From: Candidatus Bathyarchaeota archaeon
GTDB lineage: Archaea > Thermoproteota > Bathyarchaeia > TCS64
DNA: 64,000 nt
Reading direction: 5' to 3'
Assembly: GCA_963769425.1 (NCBI GenBank)
Contig: CAVYLP010000004.1
Location: 224,001 to 288,000, forward strand
Below the pieces are notes generated by a model that ran no database searches, had not been told where the DNA came from, and was given only the letters and a program-made list of their open reading frames with translations. The position numbers and the translations under genes are program-made. This document shows, piece by piece, positions 40,539-50,077 of this stretch (position 1 is its first letter; every line of letters starts with the position of its first letter).

Positions 40539-41701
40539 GCGTAGCTACTATGCTTGAGAACGAGGCAATGAAGTACGCCGCCGACGCCGTAAAGTACGAC
40601 AAGATGGGCGATAAGGACAAGGCGACCGACTCGTACAAGAGAGCGGTCGAACAACTAACCCGCCTCATCAAACTATACCCAGACTACACATTCAACAAAT
40701 TCTACGTCGAGAAAGTCACCACCTACCAGGAACGTATAAGGCTCCTCAAGTCAGAGGACGGCGAGGAAACCGGTATCGAGAAGTTCACGAGCTTCGAGAC
40801 AAAACAGACCGGATCATCCGAGTCCCAGATGGAGGCTGAAGATACTGAGCCAACCGAGAAGCCAAACGTCACCTGGGGCGAAGTTGCGGGCCTCGAAGAC
40901 GCCAAGAAGGCGATCAAGGAGGTCATCGTCTACCCAGTCAAACGCCCCGACCTCTTCCCACTCGGGTGGTCAAGGGGACTTCTCCTCTTCGGTCCACCGG
41001 GCTGTGGTAAGACGCTTCTCGCCGCAGCGGTGGCGAACGAGATCGAGGCGCAATTCATACAGATAGACCCCGCCAACATCATGTCGAAGTGGCTTGGAGC
41101 AGCGGAGCAGAACGTCGCCAAGATATTCGGTGGCGCGCGCCGCACAGCCATCGCGGGGAAGCCAGTAATCATCTTCATGGACGAGGTGGACAGCATACTC
41201 GGCGTCCACACCAATGAGGTTGGAGGCGAGGTACGCATGAGGAACCAGTTCCTCAAGGAGATGGACGGCCTCCAAGACAAGGGCAAGAACTACCACCTAT
41301 ACGTCGTCGCCGCGACTAACAAGCCGTGGGACCTGGACTGGGCGTTCATCCGCCGCTTCCAGAAGAGGGTGATGGTGCCCCTCCCCGACTACGCGACACG
41401 CCTACAGATGTTCGAGATCAACAGCGCACAGCTAGAGATGACCCCGGATGTAGATTTCCACATCCTCACACAGCTTACGGATGGCTACAGCGGAAGCGAC
41501 ATCAAGGACATCTGCCAGGTCGTCCGCCAGGAGGTCATCAGGGAACTCTTCGAGTCCGGGGAAGCCGATAATACTACGAAGAAGCCGAGGCCGCTCTCGA
41601 TGGGTGACTTCAAGCAAGCCATCTCCAACAGGAAGCCAAGCGTCTCCAAGGAGATGATTAAGGAGTACGACAAGTGGTTCGACCAGTTCAAGGCACTATA
41701 G
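40535..41701 (+). CDS. cdvC: Vps4/CdvC AAA+ ATPase with MIT domain
   Basis: MIT domain (AVKYDKMG..Y..A), GPPGCGKT, MSKWLG, FMDEVD, ATNKPW, RRFQKR. Confidence 0.95.
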   Translation: MSVATMLENEAMKYAADAVKYDKMGDKDKATDSYKRAVEQLTRLIKLYPDYTFNKFYVEKVTTYQERIRLLKSEDGEETGIEKFTSFETKQTGSSESQMEAEDTEPTEKPNVTWGEVAGLEDAKKAIKEVIVYPVKRPDLFPLGWSRGLLLFGPPGCGKTLLAAAVANEIEAQFIQIDPANIMSKWLGAAEQNVAKIFGGARRTAIAGKPVIIFMDEVDSILGVHTNEVGGEVRMRNQFLKEMDGLQDKGKNYHLYVVAATNKPWDLDWAFIRRFQKRVMVPLPDYATRLQMFEINSAQLEMTPDVDFHILTQLTDGYSGSDIKDICQVVRQEVIRELFESGEADNTTKKPRPLSMGDFKQAISNRKPSVSKEMIKEYDKWFDQFKAL

Positions 41702-41713
41702 GAGAAATTTGAA

Positions 41714-42109
41714 ATGGAAAACCCAAAAACGGATCACATCGTGAAAGCCGCCACTGAGCTCGGTGAGACTTATACAGAGTCAGCCCAGCTTCTGAGCGGA
41801 ATGAGGGGAGCCATGAACGAGGCTAATCAGCTCTACGATCACGGATACGGTGGAGCAGGCAACAGTCTCATAAAATTCGGCATCACTCTCATCCTAGTAC
41901 CCGAACCATTCATGGTCTCGGACGTGATAGGCGCTGGAATCGTTGCCGCCGGCTTCCTATACAAGAAGATTGTACCGCCACCAATGTACATCGACAACAT
42001 ATTCGATACGATTCAGGAGCAGGTGAAGGCACTCCACTCAGCAGGGGAGAACCTCACACAGAACTTTTCGGTACCCGTCGACTTCTCGTCGATGCATTTC
42101 GAGATCTAA
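41714..42109 (+). CDS. Uncharacterised protein with a hydrophobic hairpin, 12 bp after cdvC
   Basis: LIKFGITLILVPEPFMVSDVIGAGIVAAGFLY flanked by helical regions. Confidence 0.75.
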   Translation: MENPKTDHIVKAATELGETYTESAQLLSGMRGAMNEANQLYDHGYGGAGNSLIKFGITLILVPEPFMVSDVIGAGIVAAGFLYKKIVPPPMYIDNIFDTIQEQVKALHSAGENLTQNFSVPVDFSSMHFEI

Positions 42110-43131
42110 GCTTTCCGAGAGACTAATTCACGGTACTCTTTTAGGAATTCCTCCCTCATCTCAGCCTTCTTCTTTGCTGGGAGGAAGCTCGTCTCGATCG
42201 AGTCGAGGCTTATCCTCATGAGCTCGTCAACGGAGAGGCCTAGTTGGCTGTTGAGTTGGAGGTACTCGTTGTTCATGTCCGTGTTGAACATTGGTGGGTC
42301 GTCGCTGTTGACGCTGACCTTGATGCCATGCTTTATGAAGTTCCTGATGGGATGCTCGTTCAGCGCCTTTATCGCCCCTGTCCGTAGGTTGCTGACAGGG
42401 CAAGTCTCGATCGCAATCCCTCTCTCCCTGATCTCCTTGAGGAGGGCTGGGTCCTTTACCGCGGTAGTGCCATGTCCTATCCTCTCAACGCCGAGGGTCT
42501 TCACGGCTCCCCAGATGCTCTCGGGTCCGGCTGCCTCCCCGGCGTGGGCTACGAGGTGGAGGCCGAGGTCCTTAGCCTTCTTGTACGCCTTTTCGTATGG
42601 CTCTGGGGGGAAGTCGTCCTCACTGCCACCGATGTCGATGGCGACGACGTTGTCTCCCTTCTTCTTTATCCAGTCGAGCTCCTTCATCGCGGTCACCGGC
42701 CCGTAGTTGCGGACGAGGTCAACTCTGATGGTGCAGGATATCCCGAATTTCCTCTTTGCCCGTTTGATGCCCTTGTTTACCGCATCGAGCATCTTGCCAT
42801 AGTCGAGGCCCCTCCTCACGAGGTCGTTCGGGGAGAGAATAGCCTCGACGTGCTTCACGTTGGAGGCAGCGTCGGATTCAAGCATCTCGTAGGTGATCCT
42901 CTCGAAATACTTCTCGTCAGCTATGCAGTCGTTCACGGTGCTGTAGACGGAGATGAAGTGGGGGAAGTCCTTGTACTGGAAGAATTGCTTGATGTCGTCG
43001 ATGGAGTTGAACTGGGTCTTGGCTCCGCTGTCCTCGATTATACCCATGAGGGTCTCCGGCTTTGTGGAGCCCACGATGTGTACGTGCTGCTCGAGCTTTG
43101 GGAGGCGCCTTATTGTCTCGGCTGTGTCCAT
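42106..43131 (-). CDS. add: Adenosine/adenine deaminase
   Basis: LPKLEQHVH, HAGE, RIGHG, CPVSN, NSDDP. Confidence 0.93.
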   Translation of the reverse strand: MDTAETIRRLPKLEQHVHIVGSTKPETLMGIIEDSGAKTQFNSIDDIKQFFQYKDFPHFISVYSTVNDCIADEKYFERITYEMLESDAASNVKHVEAILSPNDLVRRGLDYGKMLDAVNKGIKRAKRKFGISCTIRVDLVRNYGPVTAMKELDWIKKKGDNVVAIDIGGSEDDFPPEPYEKAYKKAKDLGLHLVAHAGEAAGPESIWGAVKTLGVERIGHGTTAVKDPALLKEIRERGIAIETCPVSNLRTGAIKALNEHPIRNFIKHGIKVSVNSDDPPMFNTDMNNEYLQLNSQLGLSVDELMRISLDSIETSFLPAKKKAEMREEFLKEYRELVSRKA

Positions 43132-43153
43132 TACAGGGGATGGGAGCGCTCGA

Positions 43154-44374
43154 CTAATTAGTCTTCTTGAGGCCCCCGTAGGTCTCCTTAGTGAAGAGGA
43201 TCATGGTGGCGGTCATGATTATTGAGATGGCTATGATGACCATGTTGGAGTAGAAGTAGCCGCCCGTGGAGTCGACTGAGTCCCACCGTAGAATGGAGTG
43301 ATGAGAGAGTAGCCGATGGTGCCGAACCCGTTGACGAGGCCGAGGCCAATGCTCGCCTTGCTCATGGGCAGGACCTCGGGTACCATGCTGAAGAAGAGGA
43401 CCCACATGGAGGCGCAGAAGTTGATGCTGAAGCTGAGGGTTGCATAGAGGGGCACGGGGAGTCCGCCGGGTGAGAAGATGAACGTGGCGAGGAAGAGGGT
43501 GTAGAGGCAGGAGAAGATGATGAGGGGGAGCTTCCTCTTCCTGAGCCTGTCCGAGATGGCGCCCATGGCTATGCAGCCGGGTATGCCAGCGATGCTGCCG
43601 AGGCTCGTGATCGAGTCCGCCCTCGACGTAGGTGAGTCCCTTCGTCTCCATGAGGAAGAGGGTCATCCAGGAGTTGAGGACCCAGCCGAAGCTTAGGAGG
43701 AGGTAGCCGACGATGAAGGGGTAGATCCTCTTGTCGCGGAGGACCTCGCCGAGGTTCTTCATGAGGTTGCCGTTGGACTTTTTCTCGACGTGGTTCCCGT
43801 TGGGGTCGTTCTTGAGTATGAAGAAGTTCATCCCGATAGTTGACGAGGAGTATGAGGGCGACGAGGAGGTAGAGGTTTCTCCAGCCGCCGAACATGGAGT
43901 CGGCGAGGGGGAAGCCCATGTAAGCGGTGAAGTTACCGAGCCCACTGGCAGCGCTAAGTATCCCGATTGCGGTGGCCCGGCGCTCGATGGGGAACCACTG
44001 GGAGATGATGGCGACGAAGTTGATGTAGAAGACGCTGCAGCCGACCCCCATGATTATCTGGGCGACGACGAGCATCTCGAACCTGAAGCTGACCCAGAAG
44101 AGGAAGATACCGACGAGTGTGAGGGCGGTGAAGCCGAGGATGGTCTTGCGGGGCCCGAACATGTCGGTGAACATCCCCGCGGGGATCTGCATGATACCGT
44201 AGATGATGAAGAAGGCCGTGATGAGGAGGCCCATCGTGCCCTTGTTTATGTCGAGTTCCTGGATGAGAACGGGTGAGAGCGCCGAGGCGGCGGCCTTGAG
44301 CATGTTCTCGGCGATAGTAGGTGATGCAGATCGTGAGTCAGGACGACGAGGGCGAACCAGCGCTTGTTCTCCAA
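43154..44374 (-). CDS. MFS transporter with multiple frameshifts
   Basis: MQIPAGMFTDMFGPRK, QWFPIERRATAIG, GAISDRLRKRK spread over several frames. Confidence 0.8.
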
Positions 44375-44475
44375 GGGGGCTCCACTTTCCCGTGTGGGAC
44401 GCTGAGGCGCTTCTTAAGGCTTCCCGACTTTGTCGGGTAAAAAAACTTATCATAAATACTATGCATCTTGAAGGC

Positions 44476-45273
44476 GTGTCAACTGATAAGCGCGCGGAGA
44501 TAGGCGTCATAGGCGGGACGGGGGTATACGATCCTGAGATGCTGGAGGATCGGAGGGAAGTCAAGGTCTTCACCCCCTACGGTTCAACGTCGGATATGAT
44601 CACGTTGGGAACCGTGGGAGGGCGGAGGGTTGCCTTCCTCCCACGCCATGGTAGAGGGCACGTCATACCTCCCCATATGATCAACGCCAGGGCGAATATA
44701 TGGGCGCTCAAGGAGCTGGGTGTCAAGCAGGTCGTGGCATCAAGTGCGGTGGGTAGCCTGAGGGAGGATTATAAGCCCGGCGACTTCGTCCTCACCGACC
44801 AGTTCATAGACAGGACGAAGGAGAGGCCGGACACGTTCTACGAGGGGGGTCAGGTATGCCATATAAGCAGCGCAGATCCGATATGCCCGACCCTCCACGA
44901 CTACTTTCACAAGTACGCGAAGAAGCTCAAGCTCCCCGTTCACGATAAGGGAACGTACGTCTGTGTTCAGGGCCCGAGGTTCAGCACGAGGGCCGAGTCC
45001 AGGCTCTTCAGGCAGTGGAACTGCGACATAATTGGGATGACACTCTATCCCGAGGTCGTCCTCGCTCGTGAGCAGGAGATGTGCTATGTCACTGTGGCGA
45101 TGGTCACCGACTACGATGTCTGGGCGGATAAACCGGTGTCGACGGCGGACGTGGTCGAAACAATGCAGCGCAATGCAGCGAACTTCAAGAAGCTGGTGAT
45201 GGGCGCTCTCCCAGGAATGCCTGATGAACGTAGCTGCGGCTGCTGCGACGCCCTGAAGTTTGCGCTGATCTAG
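44476..45273 (+). CDS. mtnP: S-methyl-5'-thioadenosine phosphorylase
   Basis: IGVIGGTG, PRHGRGH, GPRFSTRAES, IGMT, VTDYD. Confidence 0.93.
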   Translation: MSTDKRAEIGVIGGTGVYDPEMLEDRREVKVFTPYGSTSDMITLGTVGGRRVAFLPRHGRGHVIPPHMINARANIWALKELGVKQVVASSAVGSLREDYKPGDFVLTDQFIDRTKERPDTFYEGGQVCHISSADPICPTLHDYFHKYAKKLKLPVHDKGTYVCVQGPRFSTRAESRLFRQWNCDIIGMTLYPEVVLAREQEMCYVTVAMVTDYDVWADKPVSTADVVETMQRNAANFKKLVMGALPGMPDERSCGCCDALKFALI

Positions 45274-45312
45274 CTGAGAACCTTCTTATCCGTTTCTGGC
45301 TCCGTTTATTCC

Positions 45313-46026
45313 GTGACCAAGCTCAATTACGTCTTCATGGTGCTGAAGGAGCACCCCTACGGTAGGGAGATGCTGAGGCAGCTCCTCGCCTCCGGATTCG
45401 AGCCTAAGGCGATCGTGGAGGAGGACTCGCCGATAGGAGACGAGGAGAGGGAGAAGTTCCTCACCCGCATCAAGGGCTTCCCGGTTGCGCCCACTTTCAC
45501 CGAGCAGCTCAGGGGTAGAAGCATTGAGCGCTACTCGGTCCCGCACCACAATAAGAGGGAGTCGCGTGAGCTACTGGAGGGACTGAAGCCGGATTTCATC
45601 GTCCTCGGTGGGACCAGGATCATAAAGCCCGCCATCATCAACATACCCAAGGACGGAATGGTCAACAGCCACCCTGGCCTTCTCCCCGAGTGCAGGGGCT
45701 CAGCAAGCGTAGCTTGGAGCATATACTTTGACATACCAATCGGATGCACTGTCCACTTCATCGACCCGAACATAGACACGGGGGCGATTATCAAGAAGCA
45801 GGTGATACCCGTCCACAAGGGAGACACCTACGAGAAGCTCTGCTGGGAGACGATCGCCCTAGCGGGGGAGCTGATGGTCTACGCGGTGGACCAGTGGACG
45901 AAGGGGACACTGAAGGGTGTACCCCAGCCCGTTGGGCAGGAGGCCCTCAAGGTCGCGCCACCGGACGTGCTCGAGGTCGTCTACAAGAAGCTCAGGGACG
46001 GTACCTACAAGCACTTCGTCGATTAA
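45313..46026 (+). CDS. Formyltransferase (Formyl_trans_N) family protein
   Basis: NSHPGLLPECRG, GCTVHFIDPNIDTGAII. Confidence 0.88.
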   Translation: MTKLNYVFMVLKEHPYGREMLRQLLASGFEPKAIVEEDSPIGDEEREKFLTRIKGFPVAPTFTEQLRGRSIERYSVPHHNKRESRELLEGLKPDFIVLGGTRIIKPAIINIPKDGMVNSHPGLLPECRGSASVAWSIYFDIPIGCTVHFIDPNIDTGAIIKKQVIPVHKGDTYEKLCWETIALAGELMVYAVDQWTKGTLKGVPQPVGQEALKVAPPDVLEVVYKKLRDGTYKHFVD

Positions 46027-46116
46027 TGCACCTTAAGTGCACATTTTTACACATATTTGATTGTGAACGAGGCCGTTTTTAGGTTCCTTTTTAGAAAATA
46101 AACGATAAATTGGCTT

Positions 46117-46135
46117 GGAGGGGGTACCCCCCTCC
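46117..46135. terminator. GC hairpin between convergent genes
   Basis: GGAGGGGG-TAC-CCCCCTCC with T-tracts nearby. Confidence 0.45.
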
Positions 46136-46143
46136 CCTATTTT

Positions 46144-47772
46144 TTAGAATTCCGGTTTCGGCTTGCCGCGCTTCTTGTCGTAGCTGGCTTTGACGAGTCC
46201 GTAGTAGGGTGGGCTCGGCTTCCAGGGGCGGCTTTTGAACTCGGGGTGGAACTGGGTCCCGAAGAAGAAGTAGTTGCTCGGTATCTCTATCATCTCCTTG
46301 CGGCGCCCGTCGGTGCTCCACGCGCCGAAGACCACTCCGGCCTTCTCGAGGCGCTCCCAGTACTCGGGGTTGACCTCCCACCTGTGACGGTGGCGCTCGT
46401 GTACGAGCTCGGAGCCGTAGAGCTTGTGGGCAATTGTACCCGGCTTGATGTGGACTGGGTGTGCCCCGAGACGCATGGTGCCACCCATCTCGTTGACGCC
46501 CCTCTGCTCGGGGAGCAGGTCGATCACCGGGTTCGTAGTATGTGGCTCGCACTCAGTGCTGTCCGCGTCCTTCAACCCGAGGATGTCGCGGCTCATCTCC
46601 ACTAGGCTGAGCTGTAGCCCGTAGCAGATGCCGAGGAAGGGTTTGTCGTGGGTCCTGCAGTACTCGATGGTGCGCACCTTGCCGAGGGCACCGCGTTTAC
46701 CGAAGCCACCGGGGACGATGACGCCGTCGAAGCCCTCAAGCACCTCGACCTTCTCGGGGTGCTTCTCGAACTCCTCCGTCTCTATCCATTCGATGTTTAT
46801 CCTGCATCCGGAGGCCGCGGCGGCGTGGCGGAGCGCCTCGTTGACGCTGACGTAGCAGTCGCGCAACTCCGCGTACTTGCCGCACATGGCTATGCGTACT
46901 GATTCCTCAGGATCCTTGTACTTGGCGACCATCTTCCTCCAGTCGCTCCACTCGGCCTTCGGCTTGTCGAGGCCGAGATACTCGGCGACGACGTCCCCCA
47001 TGCCCTGCCCTTCGAGGACTAGGGGTAGCTCGTAGAGGGACTGGACGTTTACACTGGTGAAGACGGCGCGCTCCTCGACGCTGCAATAGAGGGCGATCTT
47101 CTGCTTGGCGCCCGCTGGGAGTTCGCCCTCCTCGCATCGGGCGGCGATGATGTCTGGCTGGAGGCCAATGGCGCGTAACTCCTTGACGCTGTGCTGCGTT
47201 GGCTTTGTCTTGGGCTCACCGACGGCTTCGAGGACAGGTACTAGTGTGACGTGTATTAGCAGCGTGTCGCCGCGCTTCTCCTCCTGCCTCATCTGGCGGA
47301 AGGCTTCGAGGAAGGGTAGACTCTCGATGTCACCGACTGTGCCTCCGCATTCAACGAGTACTACGTCTGCGCGGCTCTTCTCCGCGACGAGGCGTATGCG
47401 GCGCTTCACCTCGTCGGTGATGTGGGGAATTATCTGTACGCAGCGGCCAAGGAAGCCGCCTTCGCGCTCGCGGCGGATGACCTGCTGGTAGAGCTGGCCG
47501 CTCGTCACGTTGTTTAGCCCTGAGAGTTCGACGCCTAGGAATCTCTCGTAGGCGCCGAGGTCCATGTCCGCCTCGTATCCGTCGTCGAGGACGAAGACCT
47601 CGCCGTGGATGTAGGGGTTCATGGTGCCAGCGTCGACGTTGAGGTATGGGTCGCACTTTATGGCGGATACTTTGAATCCGCGTACCTGGAGCATCTTCCC
47701 GACGCTGCAGGTGACTAGGCCCTTTCCTATGCCGCTGAGCACCCCGCCAGTAATAAAAACGTACTTCGTCAA
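46144..47772 (-). CDS. pyrG: CTP synthase
   Basis: TKYVFITGGVLSGIGKG, DPYLNVDAGTM, KTKPTQHSV, GICYG, ERHRHR, QFHPE. Confidence 0.98.
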   Translation of the reverse strand: MTKYVFITGGVLSGIGKGLVTCSVGKMLQVRGFKVSAIKCDPYLNVDAGTMNPYIHGEVFVLDDGYEADMDLGAYERFLGVELSGLNNVTSGQLYQQVIRREREGGFLGRCVQIIPHITDEVKRRIRLVAEKSRADVVLVECGGTVGDIESLPFLEAFRQMRQEEKRGDTLLIHVTLVPVLEAVGEPKTKPTQHSVKELRAIGLQPDIIAARCEEGELPAGAKQKIALYCSVEERAVFTSVNVQSLYELPLVLEGQGMGDVVAEYLGLDKPKAEWSDWRKMVAKYKDPEESVRIAMCGKYAELRDCYVSVNEALRHAAAASGCRINIEWIETEEFEKHPEKVEVLEGFDGVIVPGGFGKRGALGKVRTIEYCRTHDKPFLGICYGLQLSLVEMSRDILGLKDADSTECEPHTTNPVIDLLPEQRGVNEMGGTMRLGAHPVHIKPGTIAHKLYGSELVHERHRHRWEVNPEYWERLEKAGVVFGAWSTDGRRKEMIEIPSNYFFFGTQFHPEFKSRPWKPSPPYYGLVKASYDKKRGKPKPEF

Positions 47773-47880
47773 GGGGGAGACCTGCCCATAATGAACCCAA
47801 CGTGCAATGGGGGCGATTATAAACCCTTCGAAGCGGTGCTGCACAGGCGTGTGAAATACCCCGATTCGTATGGGCTCGGG

Positions 47881-48411
47881 TTAAGCCTCCGTGAACTTCA
47901 GGATTTTCTCGACGGTCATCTCAGTAGAGCGCTTACCCGTAAGCTCCTCCAGCCTGATCTTACCGAAGACAACATTGCCAAGAGCATTTCCATCCCCACT
48001 GAACAGCTTCTGGACCCTAATCTTGACTCCTTCCGTATCCGAGCTTAGTCTCTCGGCGAAGAGGTTCATCACCTTCGCCTTCTCTGATGCGTCTTCGATG
48101 AACTCGACCCTGCCCGAGAACATAGCGGAGGCGTACATGTTAACGCAGGCTCCCTCCATGATGCCCTGGTCGACTACGACGACTCCCCAGGCACGAGGGT
48201 TCCTCTTGATGAACTCTATCTTCTTTCCCTCCTTGGCGCAGTGGAAATAGACTACGTTCTCTTTCTCGTCGTAGACATAGCCCATCGGCACGGCGTAGGG
48301 TTCCCCTCCATCGGCGAGGCTGAGTACGAAGTACTTCGAGTAGCGGAGGATTCGTTTGAGCGTCTTCGAGTCGTTGACCTCGCGGTCCACGCGTCTGAGG
48401 TGGAACTTCAT
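47881..48411 (-). CDS. Pyridoxamine 5'-phosphate oxidase-like flavin-binding protein
   Basis: PYAVPMGY, YFHCAKEGKK, LTGKR. Confidence 0.88.
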   Translation of the reverse strand: MKFHLRRVDREVNDSKTLKRILRYSKYFVLSLADGGEPYAVPMGYVYDEKENVVYFHCAKEGKKIEFIKRNPRAWGVVVVDQGIMEGACVNMYASAMFSGRVEFIEDASEKAKVMNLFAERLSSDTEGVKIRVQKLFSGDGNALGNVVFGKIRLEELTGKRSTEMTVEKILKFTEA

Positions 48412-48445
48412 GGCTGATGCTTGGGCGTCTCTGTTTGTAAAGCTT

Positions 48446-49981
48446 TCAGAGGAGGCTCTCAGCCGTCATCTCAGGGGGTTTCGTTATACCCATCAACTTG
48501 AGGATGGTTGGGGAGACGCAGCTTAGCCCCAGACCCCTCTTCAGTTTGACCATGCGTAACTTGGGGTCATCGGTGATTAGAATGAATGGGACCGGGTTTG
48601 TGCCGTGGCTCGGGTTCGGTTCCCCGTTGGGGTAGAACATGGTCTCGATGTTGCCGTGGTCCCCAGTGACGAGGATCGTGTAACCCTTCGTGAGCCCCGC
48701 GTTGACCACCAGCCCTAGGCATTCGTCTACCACTTCACACGCCTTGATCCCAGCGGGCATGTTCGCTGAGTGACCTACTAGATCCCCGTTGGCGTAGTTG
48801 ACGAGTATGAAGTCGTAGACGCCCTTCGATATCTCGGGTACTAGCTTCTCTGTTATCTCGGGGGCGCTCATCTCCGGCTTCTCCTCGTAGCTGGGGACCT
48901 TGGGGCTGGGGACGAGTATTCTGTCCTCGCCGGGGACGGGGTCCTCTATCTGGCTGTTGAAGAAGAAGGTGACGTGTGCATACTTCTCCGTCTCTGCTAT
49001 CCTGAGCTGCCTGAGACCATTCGCGGCGAGGATCTGGGCGAGGTTTTTCTCCACCGTATTCTGAGGGAAGGCGACGGGGAGGGCTAGGTGCTTATCGTAC
49101 CCGCTCATGCAAACAAAGTGGACGCGTGGGAACTTTTTGCGGGGAAAGTGGTCGAAGCCGTTCTGGGTCAGGGCGTAGGTGATCTGCCGTGCTCGGTCGC
49201 TTCGGAAGTTCCAGAAGATGATCGAGTCCTCGGCGTTGATGGTGGCGACGGGTTTTCCATCTTCGACTATGACGATTGGTTGGATGTAATAGTCGGTGGG
49301 GTCGCCACGCTGATAGGCGTGGTCGATGGCCTCCAGCGGGTCGGTTTCCTTCCACCCCTCGCCCTGCGTGAGGAGGTCATATGCCTTTAGGGTCCTGTCC
49401 CAGTTCGTGTCCCTGTCCATCGCATAGTAGCGGCCCACCATGGTCGCGATTCTGCCCACTCCCTTCTCTTTGATCTGCTTCTGAGTCTCCTCGATGAAGC
49501 CCTTAGCGGATCGCTCGGGTACGTCGCGGCCATCGAGGAAGCAGTGGATGAAGACATCCCCGAGGGTGTGGCGCTTGGCGAGTTCGAGGAGCGAGTAGAG
49601 GTGGAAAGTGGAGCCGTGGATGCCCTGGTCACTCAGGAGCCCCATGAGGTGGAGGGCGGAGCCCTTCTCCCTGCAGTTCTCGATTGCACTCAGGAGGGCT
49701 GGGTTCTCGAAGAATGAGCCGTTATAGATGGCCTGGTTGATCTCCTCAAAGGGTTGCCAGACGATCCTGCCGGCGCCCATCGTGAGGTGGCCCGGCTCGG
49801 AGCCTCCCTGCGTCCCCTCGGGGAGCCCCACGGCGTTACCGGTGCACTTCAGCAGCGTCCAGGGATATTTCTTCATATAGTTTGAGTCGTTGGGCACTTT
49901 TGCCTGCCTGACGGCGTTCCCGAACGTCTCATCTGAGAACCCCCAGCCGTCCCTGACCACGAGGATGACTTTCCCCGCCAT
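48446..49981 (-). CDS. gpmI: 2,3-BPG-independent phosphoglycerate mutase (bacterial type)
   Basis: RDGWG, GGSEPGH, GRYYAMDRD, AETEKYAHVTFF, NGDLVGH, GDHGN. Confidence 0.95.
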   Translation of the reverse strand: MAGKVILVVRDGWGFSDETFGNAVRQAKVPNDSNYMKKYPWTLLKCTGNAVGLPEGTQGGSEPGHLTMGAGRIVWQPFEEINQAIYNGSFFENPALLSAIENCREKGSALHLMGLLSDQGIHGSTFHLYSLLELAKRHTLGDVFIHCFLDGRDVPERSAKGFIEETQKQIKEKGVGRIATMVGRYYAMDRDTNWDRTLKAYDLLTQGEGWKETDPLEAIDHAYQRGDPTDYYIQPIVIVEDGKPVATINAEDSIIFWNFRSDRARQITYALTQNGFDHFPRKKFPRVHFVCMSGYDKHLALPVAFPQNTVEKNLAQILAANGLRQLRIAETEKYAHVTFFFNSQIEDPVPGEDRILVPSPKVPSYEEKPEMSAPEITEKLVPEISKGVYDFILVNYANGDLVGHSANMPAGIKACEVVDECLGLVVNAGLTKGYTILVTGDHGNIETMFYPNGEPNPSHGTNPVPFILITDDPKLRMVKLKRGLGLSCVSPTILKLMGITKPPEMTAESLL

Positions 49982-50077
49982 GGTATGCAGAGGGTTGTGC
50001 GGGATAGAAAAGGGTCACTCCCGCGGTGGAAGGTGATAAACCGGGGTTTGGCGATCAATGTTCCGAGTGTGTTCTCG

